The notes under the pieces are model-generated. The model saw nothing but the letters and a program-made list of their open reading frames with translations, ran no database searches and was not told where the DNA came from. From contig CAIPTY010000036.1 in NCBI GenBank assembly GCA_903868145.1, positions 9-64,008 of the forward strand: a stretch of 64,000 nucleotides of DNA, written 5' to 3'. Shown here one piece after another: positions 48,263 through 57,340 of the stretch (the stretch's first letter is position 1; each line of letters starts with the position of its first letter). The DNA is from an uncultured Desulfuromonadales bacterium (lineage in GTDB: Bacteria > Desulfobacterota > Desulfuromonadia > Geobacterales > Pseudopelobacteraceae). The position numbers were made by a program, and so were the translations under genes.

Positions 48263-49732
48263 ATGGCTGAAGATGTCTGTTTCGATCTGATAATTGTCGG
48301 GGCCGGACCTGGCGGATATGTTGCGGCGATCCGGGCAAACCAGTTGGGTATGAAAGTGGCGGTGATCGAGAAACGCGCCACCCTGGGTGGAGTCTGCCTG
48401 AACGAGGGATGCATACCCAGCAAGGCCCTGCTTGATTCCAGTGAACTTTTTGCCCTGGCTCGTGACAAGTTTGCCCTGCATGGCATCGGCATAGATCCTC
48501 CGAAGCTTGATCTGGCGGCAATGATGCGCCGAAAGGATGACGTCGTAAAAAAACTTACCGACGGGATTTCCTACCTTTTCAAGAAAAACGGGATAACGCT
48601 GTATAAGGGGTCTGCCACCCTGAAGGGATCGGAAACCGGAGGCATGCAGCGGGTGGCGGTTAAAACCGTCTGGGAGCTGACACATCCAGACGGAAGCAGC
48701 CAACCCCTGAGCGACGAAGGTGCAGGATTGATCATGCTGCGCGGAAAACGCGTTCTGCTTGCCACCGGCAGCGAAGCCGCCGCCTTGCCCGGCATTCCGT
48801 TTGACGGCCAGGTGGTCGTGAGCGCTCGTGAGGCCTTGTCCTTTGAAAAACTCCCGGAGCATATCGTGGTGGCGGGTGGCGGGTTTATCGGACTGGAAAT
48901 GGGCTCAGTCTGGCGTAGACTCGGCTCGCAGGTCACCGTGATGGAGATGCTGCCGCAAATTTTACCCGGCATGGATCACCAGGCGGCTGACGCCCTGTAC
49001 AAATCGCTGCGCAAACAGGGCATCCAGTTCAAGCTCGGCACACGCATCACCGCCGTCCGGCGTCTTGGCTCCAAGGCGATGGTACAGTTTAATCCCGGCA
49101 GCGGAAGCGAAGAGCTGGATTGTGACCGGGTTCTTGTTGCCGTAGGTCGCAGAACGAGTTTTGCAGATATGGGCATCGAGGAGATGGGAATGCGGGTGGA
49201 TGAAAGGGGTCGCATCGCTGTCAACGCCGATTATCAAACCTCCGTTCCCGGCGTCTATGCCATCGGAGATCTGGTTCCCGGCCCTATGCTCGCGCACAAG
49301 GCATCCGAGGAGGGTATTGTCTGTGTCGAGCGCATGGCAGGGCAGCACTCTGTCGTTGAATACGACCATATTCCCGGTGTGTGCTATACCTGGCCCGAGG
49401 CCGCGTCCGTGGGAAAAACCGAAGAACAGCTCAAGTCGGATGGAAGCGTGTACAAAACCGGAAAATTCAATTTCGCCTCCCTCGGGCGCGCCCGCTGCAT
49501 GGACGAATCAGAGGGGTTTGTGAAGATATTGGCCCATGCGGAAAACGACCGGATTCTGGGCGTCCATATTGTCGGACCACGGGCATCCGATCTGATAAGC
49601 GAGGCGGTGACGGTTATGGCTTTTGGCGGCACCGCCCGTGATATCGCCCTTACCTGCCATGCACATCCAACACTCTCCGAAGCGGTCAGGGAGGCGGCGC
49701 TGGATGTGCACAAGGAGGCGCTCCATATATGA
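48263..49732 (+). CDS. lpdA: Dihydrolipoyl dehydrogenase (E3)
   Basis: It shows DLIIVGAGPGGYVAA, the redox disulfide GGVCLNEGCIPSK, and HAHPTLSE. Confidence 0.9.
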   Translation: MAEDVCFDLIIVGAGPGGYVAAIRANQLGMKVAVIEKRATLGGVCLNEGCIPSKALLDSSELFALARDKFALHGIGIDPPKLDLAAMMRRKDDVVKKLTDGISYLFKKNGITLYKGSATLKGSETGGMQRVAVKTVWELTHPDGSSQPLSDEGAGLIMLRGKRVLLATGSEAAALPGIPFDGQVVVSAREALSFEKLPEHIVVAGGGFIGLEMGSVWRRLGSQVTVMEMLPQILPGMDHQAADALYKSLRKQGIQFKLGTRITAVRRLGSKAMVQFNPGSGSEELDCDRVLVAVGRRTSFADMGIEEMGMRVDERGRIAVNADYQTSVPGVYAIGDLVPGPMLAHKASEEGIVCVERMAGQHSVVEYDHIPGVCYTWPEAASVGKTEEQLKSDGSVYKTGKFNFASLGRARCMDESEGFVKILAHAENDRILGVHIVGPRASDLISEAVTVMAFGGTARDIALTCHAHPTLSEAVREAALDVHKEALHI

Positions 49733-49785
49733 CACTGGCAGGTAGCACCTTCTGAATCCGCTTGACCTGACGCAGCGTGCCCGGC

Positions 49786-51114
49786 TCACGTATCATAACG
49801 CCATTTAAAGCTGACAGTCTTGCACCGGGGCATGATCCGGCGCAGCCGGGACAGCCCCTCTTCGGTGGTTGCAGTCCCGCTGCAGGTAAGATTGACCAGG
49901 CCGGGAAGCTGAACAAGGTTCATAAGCCCCGAATCACTGATGTCGGTATGGTAGACGTACAGACGTTTCAGGCATCGCAGAGGGGCGAGCAGCCTCAAAC
50001 CGTTGTCGCTGACGGTGGTATTGGAAAGGTACAGTTCCTCAAGACCGGACAGATTGGCAAGATACGGCAGCGCACCATCATCAACCTCATAGAGAAAAAG
50101 TGATTGAAGGTCATGCGGTTTCAGTGAGGTGAGAAAAGCAGGGTTGTTCCGTGAAGAGCCCTTTACATCAAGCCGCAGACTCTTGTCAAGAAAGACTTCC
50201 CGCGCTCCGCACGCATTTCCGAGACGTTTCCAGTCGCGGTAATCCACCGACCCTTTGCTTCGTTCGTAAAGTGTTCCGCAGATCCGGTCAGCGGGAAATG
50301 ACACTATGCGGGTTTCCAGTGGCATACCGTGGCGGTCACCTGTGCCAGCCTCGTCTCCACGCAGAACCGCGAGCCGGTTCAGGGTTCTGGAAATCTCCAG
50401 TTCCACAGCCGCCGCCATCTCCGTCAGCAGGTCGCGTCCGTCTGATCCCGCCTCATCCACCCGAATTTTAAACTGGTAGATATCAGTAGCCTTCAATTCA
50501 TCAATCTGACGCGCCAGGGCCTGCAGATTCTGTTCTGCACGGGCAATTTCCCGAATAACCCTGACGAGTTCCAGGGCAACATCCAGCTCCGATGAATGCT
50601 CAGGACCCTGTTCCTCCCAGTCCGCAAGTAAATTCTCCAGCGTCTGTCTGTCACCGGAGCCGTATGCATGGTTGGCAACCGCCATCAACTCCTGTCGTCG
50701 CAAACGTTCACTCTCGTCAGGCGCCAGATCGGGATGAATGGCCTTGGCAACTTCCCGGTAGATTGATTTCATACTTTTGCAGGAGTGGTTTGCATACATT
50801 TCGGTATCATCCAGAAGATCGGTTCGATGGTGAAAGTGTGCAAATGCGTCCAGAGGCGGTGTTGCCGAAGCGTACTCCGTCGAATCCGAATTTTGCAGCA
50901 GACCATTCAGCTGCCACTCCAGATCCTCAAGCCGTACAATACGCGATCCGAGGATCTCTTCATAAACCCGCTCGAAGGCGCGAATCTCGGATTTGAGAGC
51001 AAGAAAACGCGATTCACGGTCAGAACAGCGCTCCTTCATGCCGGTCAGTTCGTCACGTTTTTTCCTCAGTTCAATCTCTTCAGGAGTCTTTAAGCTGTTT
51101 TTGAAAGGGCTCAT
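49786..51114 (-). CDS. J-domain (HPD motif) / coiled-coil / C-terminal leucine-rich-repeat protein
   Basis: The J-domain reads IYREVAKAIHPDLAPDESERLRRQELMAVANHAY. The C-terminal LRR-like units read LPYLANLSGLEELYLSNTTVSDNGLRLLAPLRCLKRLYVYHTDISDSGL. Its start overlaps the stop of the upstream Hda-like gene (ATGA). Confidence 0.65.
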   Translation of the reverse strand: MSPFKNSLKTPEEIELRKKRDELTGMKERCSDRESRFLALKSEIRAFERVYEEILGSRIVRLEDLEWQLNGLLQNSDSTEYASATPPLDAFAHFHHRTDLLDDTEMYANHSCKSMKSIYREVAKAIHPDLAPDESERLRRQELMAVANHAYGSGDRQTLENLLADWEEQGPEHSSELDVALELVRVIREIARAEQNLQALARQIDELKATDIYQFKIRVDEAGSDGRDLLTEMAAAVELEISRTLNRLAVLRGDEAGTGDRHGMPLETRIVSFPADRICGTLYERSKGSVDYRDWKRLGNACGAREVFLDKSLRLDVKGSSRNNPAFLTSLKPHDLQSLFLYEVDDGALPYLANLSGLEELYLSNTTVSDNGLRLLAPLRCLKRLYVYHTDISDSGLMNLVQLPGLVNLTCSGTATTEEGLSRLRRIMPRCKTVSFKWRYDT

Positions 51115-51824
51115 GATTCGTTACCAGGCACAGGCCGTTCGCGGGACTCACGGGCAAGCGGAAGCGAAATTTTCCGTTTGCTGGCCATGGAAAGGCGATA
51201 GATATTTTCAAAGGCGGAGATCAGGTCGCCAACCTCGCGGCTTGTGGTTATGAGAATGAAATCAAGCACCTCGTCCGGAACCCGGACCTGCCGATCCTCG
51301 GCGATTTTCTGGAGTATCATCCGCCGCGACGCGTCATCGGATGCATCAACGCGGGCTACCAGTCCCCACAGCAGGCGGGAGACCAGATGATCATCCAGAT
51401 GGGGCAATTCCCGTGGCGGCACATTACCGGTCATGACGATCGTGCGACCGGCCGAGTGGAAGTCGTTGAACAACTGCCAGAGGGCGTTATGGAGAGCGGC
51501 ATCGGCAGGCAGGAGATGCAGATCATCCACCAGAAGAAGCGGTGAGTCAGCGAAGTGGAGGGTAAGCTCCCCGGGTGAAAAATGTTCGCGAAAGGAGATG
51601 TGCGGGAAAGAACGCCCATCTGCCTTTCCAATGGCATGGGCAATTGCCGACAGGAGATGGGTCTTGCCGGAACCGGTCGGGCCATAGAGGTACAGCAGAT
51701 TCTCCGGTTCGGCGGGGACAGCAATGCGGCGGGCAAGTTCAAGGGCCGCGGCATTGCCGGCACAGCTTACAAAACTGTCAAAGGTAGCGGCGGAGACAAC
51801 GGGAAAATCGAAAAACTGCTGCAT
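51111..51824 (-). CDS. DnaA-domain-III-like AAA+ protein (Hda/DnaA regulatory inactivator-like)
   Basis: It shows FDSFV.C.GNAAA, Walker A YGPTGSGKTHLL, Walker B LLLVDDLH, and SRLLWGLV. Confidence 0.7.
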   Translation of the reverse strand: MQQFFDFPVVSAATFDSFVSCAGNAAALELARRIAVPAEPENLLYLYGPTGSGKTHLLSAIAHAIGKADGRSFPHISFREHFSPGELTLHFADSPLLLVDDLHLLPADAALHNALWQLFNDFHSAGRTIVMTGNVPPRELPHLDDHLVSRLLWGLVARVDASDDASRRMILQKIAEDRQVRVPDEVLDFILITTSREVGDLISAFENIYRLSMASKRKISLPLARESRERPVPGNES

Positions 51825-51826
51825 CG

Positions 51827-52846
51827 TCAGAACAACTTCCCTTGGAGAGATACGGGCGCAATACGGCCAAAATGGAGATAGGCGGCCGGAGAAGCCACCC
51901 GGCCACGCGGAGTGCGGTTGAGGAAGCCGTTCTGGATCAGAAAAGGCTCGTACACATCCTCGATGGTATCACTCTCCTCACTGATGGCCGCTGCGATGGT
52001 GTCCAGTCCCACCGGACCACCGCCAAACTTGTCGATGATCGTCAGCAGGATCATGCGATCCATCTGATCGAAGCCCATTTCATCTATTTCCAGCAATTTA
52101 AGCGTTTCCTGCACCACAGTGCGGGTAATGATGCCGTCGGCCCGTACCTGGGCATAGTCTCGGACCCTTCGCAACAGGCGGTTTGCGATGCGGGGCGTAC
52201 CTCGGCTGCGCAGCGCAAGTTCATCAGCGGCATTGTGCTCAATCTCCATCCCCAGAATTCCGGATGAACGGGTAATGATGGTGGCCAACTCACCATGTGA
52301 ATAGAATTCCAGTCGTGAGATAACTCCGAAACGGTCTCTCAGGGGAGAAGAGAGCAGGCCGGCCCTGGTGGTGGCTCCAACCAGGGTGAATCTGGGCAGA
52401 TCAAGCTTGATGGAGCGGGCGCTTGGTCCCTGGCCGATAATAATGTCAAGCTGGAAATCCTCCATGGCCGGGTAGAGAATCTCCTCAACCACATGGGAAA
52501 GCCGGTGTATCTCGTCAATAAAGAGGACATCGTGCGGCTCAAGATTGGTCAGGATTGCCGCAAGGTCTCCGGGACGCTCAATAACCGGACCCGAGGTGGA
52601 TTTGATATTCACACCCATTTCGGTGGCGATGATGTGAGCCAGCGTTGTCTTGCCCAGACCGGGAGGACCGTAGAGCAGGACATGATCGAGGGCTTCTCTC
52701 CTGCCACGGGCAGCATCAATGAAAAGTTTCAGGTTTCCCTTGATCTTTTCCTGGCCGATATAATCGTCAAGGGCGCGCGGACGCAGGGTGGCGTCAAGCT
52801 GGAAGTCGTCATCGCATTTTTCCGGCGTTATGGCACGCGGCTGCAT
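51827..52846 (-). CDS. ruvB: Holliday junction branch-migration helicase RuvB
   Basis: I start it at ATG 52846 ([10 protein letters not shown]), which follows GGAGAA. It shows [36 protein letters not shown] and a typical RuvB C-terminus. Confidence 0.95.
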   Translation of the reverse strand: MQPRAITPEKCDDDFQLDATLRPRALDDYIGQEKIKGNLKLFIDAARGRREALDHVLLYGPPGLGKTTLAHIIATEMGVNIKSTSGPVIERPGDLAAILTNLEPHDVLFIDEIHRLSHVVEEILYPAMEDFQLDIIIGQGPSARSIKLDLPRFTLVGATTRAGLLSSPLRDRFGVISRLEFYSHGELATIITRSSGILGMEIEHNAADELALRSRGTPRIANRLLRRVRDYAQVRADGIITRTVVQETLKLLEIDEMGFDQMDRMILLTIIDKFGGGPVGLDTIAAAISEESDTIEDVYEPFLIQNGFLNRTPRGRVASPAAYLHFGRIAPVSLQGKLF

Positions 52847-52907
52847 ATATTCTCCAATGGGTACCTCAGAAGCAACGCGGAAACTATGACCTAAAACATA
52901 ACGATTG

Positions 52908-53570
52908 TCAAAGGTGAGGCGGTTTAAGTAAACGGAGCTGGTTCTCGTGCAGAAAAACTGCCGCCGGTATGATCGTATCCAGCTCGCCGACCGCACACCC
53001 TGAAATCCGGCGGGTCAGTTCATGAAACAGGAGCAGCTCCTGAGAGAACAGGTCGTTGAAAGGATACCGCATATCCACAAGCCCTGTCGGATCCATATCG
53101 GTAAAATTGAGGCTGCACCACTCATCAAAGAACTCTTCGCCGGACAGATCAATCAGCGGGATACCGTTCAGGCGACAGGTCATGGGACGATGGGCATACA
53201 CACGACAACTCCCGTCGCCGGACAGCAGGGGACAGGGGGTCGTGTCTTCCTCCGGCATCATCTCGTCCCACTGATCCTCCGGGATGCCATTGAGAATCCA
53301 CGGTTCCCTGAATTCAGGCCACCTGCGGGACAAACCTGACAGGCGCGCTGCGGATAGAGAACGCACCTGTTCCTGGATATCCTCCGGCAACAGATCGAAC
53401 CCCCGTTTCAGATACAGCGCATCCAGCACGGTAATATCGAACAACCCCCGGCAACACTCGGAACAGCCCTGCCGACAGGTGATCGATCCGGGGTGCAGAT
53501 TCAGACAGGACTCGAACCACCTGTCTACCTCACCCAGAAGCTCGCCATAACGTTCCAGAAGATCATTCAC
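52908..53570 (-). CDS. YkgJ-family Cys-cluster (CxxCxxCC) zinc/iron-chelating domain protein
   Basis: It contains [11 protein letters not shown] and further Cys pairs (CPLL...CRVY...C). Confidence 0.7.
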   Translation of the reverse strand: MNDLLERYGELLGEVDRWFESCLNLHPGSITCRQGCSECCRGLFDITVLDALYLKRGFDLLPEDIQEQVRSLSAARLSGLSRRWPEFREPWILNGIPEDQWDEMMPEEDTTPCPLLSGDGSCRVYAHRPMTCRLNGIPLIDLSGEEFFDEWCSLNFTDMDPTGLVDMRYPFNDLFSQELLLFHELTRRISGCAVGELDTIIPAAVFLHENQLRLLKPPHL

Positions 53571-53618
53571 GGTTGAACCAGATTCTTAACAATACTCCCC
53601 CTCAGGCCGGATACAGGA

Positions 53619-53654
53619 GTGCCGCATCCCTAACTACCCACAGGGATGCGGCAC
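53619..53654. other. Perfect 13-bp stem hairpin in an intergenic region
   Basis: GTGCCGCATCCCT (53619-53631) pairs with AGGGATGCGGCAC (53642-53654) across a 10-nt loop. Neither strand has a U-tract. Confidence 0.4.
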
Positions 53655-53694
53655 ACACCGAAAAACGGACTTTCTTCACGGAAAACCGTCCTTG

Positions 53695-54192
53695 CTACAT
53701 ATACACCATAACCGAAAGACGTATTGATCCATCCGCTGTTCTGAATGGGATGGTCACACCCTTGCACTGAACATTGATACTGGACGTCTGATCTGCCGCC
53801 AGTGATTCGGATATGGCCTGCAACCGGCCGGAAACCACCAAGGGCAGTCCAAGCGCAACACTGCCGTACTGTTCATGATATTTGGTCTTGAATCCTCCGG
53901 CGATGTTGTTCGCCAGTTCACCCATGGCATCCCTGATACATTCATCATCTGCCTCATCTATCAACAGCAACCCTTTGGCAACACGCTGGGCACTGGCCTT
54001 GTCCGTGGCGATGATGATATAACCGACCCTGTCGCCTGCTATGCCGACTATTCCGGTCACATCGGAGTCAACGGGCTCAACCTTCTTCTCCACTATTCCC
54101 GCCAGAAGATCGATATTCATGTAGCTCTTGAATGTATCCTGCGTAGCAGACATGATACTTAACATGAGCTCTTCAAAGGAAATGGCTGCCAT
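53695..54192 (-). CDS. CheX-like chemotaxis phosphatase domain protein
   Basis: The 165-aa protein reads ...VTGIVGIAGDRVGYIII...GELANNIAGGFKT..., which fits the CheX/CheC-like pattern. Confidence 0.65.
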   Translation of the reverse strand: MAAISFEELMLSIMSATQDTFKSYMNIDLLAGIVEKKVEPVDSDVTGIVGIAGDRVGYIIIATDKASAQRVAKGLLLIDEADDECIRDAMGELANNIAGGFKTKYHEQYGSVALGLPLVVSGRLQAISESLAADQTSSINVQCKGVTIPFRTADGSIRLSVMVYM

Positions 54193-54218
54193 ACTGAAAT
54201 TCTCCGAAATCAGACAGA

Positions 54219-54713
54219 TTATTTAAGCGACAGAATAAACTCGGCAAGCCCCTCAACCTGTTCAGAATTGATCTGATTGGCAAAGATCGGCATACCGCCC
54301 GGACGCCCCTCGGCAATGCTCTTGATAATGTCAAGACGAGTTTTGCCGTACTTATACTTCGAGTTGGTCAGATCAGGCCCCACACCACCCTTGGCACCTT
54401 CGCCGTGGCAGGCGACGCAGTGTTTTGCAAACAACTGTTTACCGGCGGCAATATAGGTCTCCACGCTATGGGAGGGGGTGCCCTGATATTTGGTACCGGT
54501 TGATTCGATAGTCATATGGGCAGTATGTTTCTTGTCCGCAATCACCTTTCGGGCCGCGTCGGCCTCAGCCTGAGAGCTCCAGCCGCTGAAAAGATAATAC
54601 CCCATGAAAGCCACGCCCCATACCACCAGCACCGTCAGAAGCACGCGAAAGACAGCGGGAGACTGCTTCTCTTCGCGATACTCTATTCCATCATAATCAT
54701 GTTTTTCTGACAT
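54219..54713 (-). CDS. Membrane-anchored mono-haem c-type cytochrome (CcoP-like subunit of cbb3 oxidase)
   Basis: It has an N-terminal TM segment (VFRVLLTVLVVWGVAFMGYYLF), the FixP-type N-terminus DGIEYREE, and a single CVACHG haem site. Confidence 0.75.
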   Translation of the reverse strand: MSEKHDYDGIEYREEKQSPAVFRVLLTVLVVWGVAFMGYYLFSGWSSQAEADAARKVIADKKHTAHMTIESTGTKYQGTPSHSVETYIAAGKQLFAKHCVACHGEGAKGGVGPDLTNSKYKYGKTRLDIIKSIAEGRPGGMPIFANQINSEQVEGLAEFILSLK

Positions 54714-54736
54714 GTCATCTGCTCCTTGTAAATTGA

Positions 54737-54877
54737 TTAGTCATCGTCGAGCATCCTGAACTTCGGCTCTTCAAGCTTCTGTTTGCTTTTTTTTCTGAGT
54801 GTAATAACTCCGATAGCCACCAGAATGGCAAGCAGCAATGCCGTCAGCAGCAGGAAGGTAACACGCGCCTCAATCAT
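54737..54877 (-). CDS. Small single-TM protein (46 aa), CcoQ/FixQ-like; absent from the ORF track
   Basis: My hand translation gives MIEARVTFLLLTALLLAILVAIGVITLRKKSKQKLEEPKFRMLDDD. The ATG overlaps the ccoO 3' end by 8 nt. The gene sits in the ccoQ position between ccoO and the ccoP-like gene. Confidence 0.5.
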   Translation of the reverse strand: MIEARVTFLLLTALLLAILVAIGVITLRKKSKQKLEEPKFRMLDDD

Positions 54878-55757
54878 CCTGTTTACCCAGTTTTATATAT
54901 GTTACCAGCTTCCAAAGTTTCTGATCATCCAGAGAACTCCTGAAACCGGGCATTCCATTAGCCTCAACACCTTTTGCAATAAGGGTGAACAACTCGGAAT
55001 CAGACTTGGCGGAACCTTTGAGGGCCGGTCCAAGATTGCCTTCACGTTTCTCACCATGACACGAGGCACAATGCTGCTTGTAAAGAGCCTCGGCCTCTTC
55101 CTTGACAGCCTTTAGATCGCTGAAAGGATTTTTCTGTGCCGGCGCGGGCAGTGTGGCGGCCTCGGCCTTTTTAACCGGAATATCGGTTCCCAGTTTACGC
55201 AGGTAGGCAATCATGGCATCCATCTCGGTTTTCCCCTTCAACTCATCCAGATCAGCCTGGGTGTAGGGGAACTTGAGCAGCTTCATTTTACGCTCGGAGT
55301 AGGTCGTGCTGAGCGGAGCGTTCAGGAACGCATATGAAGGCATGTTTGAAGCGGGAACCACAGACCGGGGATCTGCCATATGTTTGCGGTGCCAGGCTCC
55401 GTTGGGATCGGGGTATTTGAGGCCGATGCGTGCCAGATCCGGTCCGGTGCGCCGTGAACCCCACAGATGCGGGCGGTCGTAGACGAATTCACCCGATTTC
55501 GAGTAGCCGCCTCCGTTACCGTAACGTTCCACATCCGCCGCCAGAGTGCGAACGGTCTGGGAGTGACAGTTGTTACACCCTTCTCTCATGTAGATATCGC
55601 GCCCCTCCTGCTGCAGGGGGGTGTACGGCTTGACCTCTGCAATCCGGTCACCGGCGCCGTTTATCCATTTGAATGGGGCAATCATGGTGATCGCTGTGCC
55701 GACCATGATCACGACAAAGGCCAGAATAATAAAAATAACGGGATTTTTTTCCAACAT
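54870..55757 (-). CDS. ccoO: cbb3-type cytochrome c oxidase subunit II (CcoO) fused to an extra C-terminal c-type haem domain
   Basis: It has an N-terminal TM segment, CNNCHSQ in the FixO domain, and a second site CASCHGEKREG in the last ~90 aa. Confidence 0.85.
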   Translation of the reverse strand: MLEKNPVIFIILAFVVIMVGTAITMIAPFKWINGAGDRIAEVKPYTPLQQEGRDIYMREGCNNCHSQTVRTLAADVERYGNGGGYSKSGEFVYDRPHLWGSRRTGPDLARIGLKYPDPNGAWHRKHMADPRSVVPASNMPSYAFLNAPLSTTYSERKMKLLKFPYTQADLDELKGKTEMDAMIAYLRKLGTDIPVKKAEAATLPAPAQKNPFSDLKAVKEEAEALYKQHCASCHGEKREGNLGPALKGSAKSDSELFTLIAKGVEANGMPGFRSSLDDQKLWKLVTYIKLGKQDD

Positions 55758-55786
55758 GGTATTGACCTCGTTCGGTATGGATTTTA

Positions 55787-57187
55787 TTACACTTTAGCAG
55801 TTTGCGAAGATGCGTCCTTCTGGAAGGTCTTGTAGATGTTGTAAATGAACACAACCAGACCGGCAAGATAGATGACTCCGCTGATCGCCCGTATCTTGTA
55901 ATAGGGGAGAATGGCAACCATAGTTTCCATAAAGCTGTAATGAAGCGACCCATCGGGGTTTGTGGACAGCAGCATACTGCCCTGCTGCACACCGGCAATC
56001 CACATCGTGATCGAATAAATCAACTGTCCGACCAGAATCAGCCAGAAGTGGGTGTTGGCAAGTTTGATACTGTAGATCTCGGTATCATTGATTTTAGTTA
56101 CGGTATAGTAGATCGAGGCGAAAAGAATCATGGAAACCCAACCCAGTGTCCCCATGTGGACATGGCCGGGAACCCAGTCAGTGTAGTGAATGAAGGCCGA
56201 AAAGGTGCGGATCGCCTGCATGGGTCCCTGCAAAGTCTGGAGGCCGTAAAAGGTTATGCCACAGATGAGGAACTTGACCAGGTAGTTGGTCTTCATCTGC
56301 TCCCATTTGCCGTTCATGGTCAGATATCCGTTGAAGACCGCGCCCCAGGAAGGTGCAATCAGCATGACCGAAAAAGCCATGGCCACGGTCTGAATCCAGT
56401 CGGGAATCGGTGTCCAGAGCAGATGGTGGGCGCCGGTCCAGAGATACATGAAGATAAGGCTCCAGAAGGCGATAATCCCCATGCGGTGACTATAGATCGG
56501 ATTGCCGGTAACCTTCGGCAGAAAATAGTAAAAGAGCGCCAGAGGAGGGGCGGTCAACACCATGGCTACCGCGTTGTGGCCATACCACCACTGCACATTC
56601 GCATCGTTGGTTCCGGCAAAGATCGGATAGGACTTGAAGAGATGCAGCGGCACCCCCAGGTTGTTGACGACATACAGCACCGTCACGCCGACCAGGGCCG
56701 CCATGATATACCAGAGCGAGATATACATCAACTCTTCCTTGCGCTTCAGGATCGTCATGAACACGTTGATCGAGAACAGCACCCAGATGATAGCCACAAC
56801 AACGGCCAGCGGCCATTCAAGCTCGGCGTATTCCTTGGTGCGGTTGATCCCCATCGCCAGCGTCACAGCCGCAGACGCAATGCCGATATTGAAAAGCCAC
56901 AGGGTGACACGGGCCAGCCCCGGACTCCAGAGCGGGGTTTTGGTAAGCCGCTGGGTGATGTAGAAAAACATGCCGATAAAACAGCCGATGCCCCATCCGA
57001 AGATGCCGGCGTTGGTATGAATCGGCCTCAGCCTGCCATATGTAAGGTATGGCGCCACATTCAGCTGCGGCCAGGCCAGTTGCAGGGAGATCAGGATCCC
57101 GACCACGACTGCAATCGTTCCCCAGATGATGCTCCAGGTGATGAAACCTTTAACCGATTCATCGTAGTACCGCGTTGGTGCCTTCAT
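55787..57187 (-). CDS. ccoN: cbb3-type cytochrome c oxidase subunit I (CcoN)
   Basis: I start it at ATG 57187 (MKAPTRYYDE), which follows AAAGGAG. It is a 12-TM haem-copper oxidase with His ligands in motifs such as WWYGHNAV and HHLLW. Confidence 0.9.
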   Translation of the reverse strand: MKAPTRYYDESVKGFITWSIIWGTIAVVVGILISLQLAWPQLNVAPYLTYGRLRPIHTNAGIFGWGIGCFIGMFFYITQRLTKTPLWSPGLARVTLWLFNIGIASAAVTLAMGINRTKEYAELEWPLAVVVAIIWVLFSINVFMTILKRKEELMYISLWYIMAALVGVTVLYVVNNLGVPLHLFKSYPIFAGTNDANVQWWYGHNAVAMVLTAPPLALFYYFLPKVTGNPIYSHRMGIIAFWSLIFMYLWTGAHHLLWTPIPDWIQTVAMAFSVMLIAPSWGAVFNGYLTMNGKWEQMKTNYLVKFLICGITFYGLQTLQGPMQAIRTFSAFIHYTDWVPGHVHMGTLGWVSMILFASIYYTVTKINDTEIYSIKLANTHFWLILVGQLIYSITMWIAGVQQGSMLLSTNPDGSLHYSFMETMVAILPYYKIRAISGVIYLAGLVVFIYNIYKTFQKDASSQTAKV

Positions 57188-57340
57188 GCTTCCGCTCCTT
57201 TGGTGGGATGTTTCAAGGCAATTGCCATCTGCCTCGATCAAAAATGGATTCAGGTGAAAAACTTACGGACACACTCTAACCGATGCCCGCTGTAAAGCCT
57301 AGCAGACAATTTCAAAATTGCACGTGCCGCATTTATTTTT

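Noticed and set aside
47765-48862. A 365-aa ORF on the minus strand.
   Set aside because: It is antisense to the Sel1-repeat gene and lpdA, and it has no recognisable motif.
55802-57295. A 497-aa ORF on the plus strand.
   Set aside because: It is antisense to ccoN, a 12-TM haem-copper oxidase with clear motifs. Its product is Arg/Gly/His/Asp-rich nonsense.
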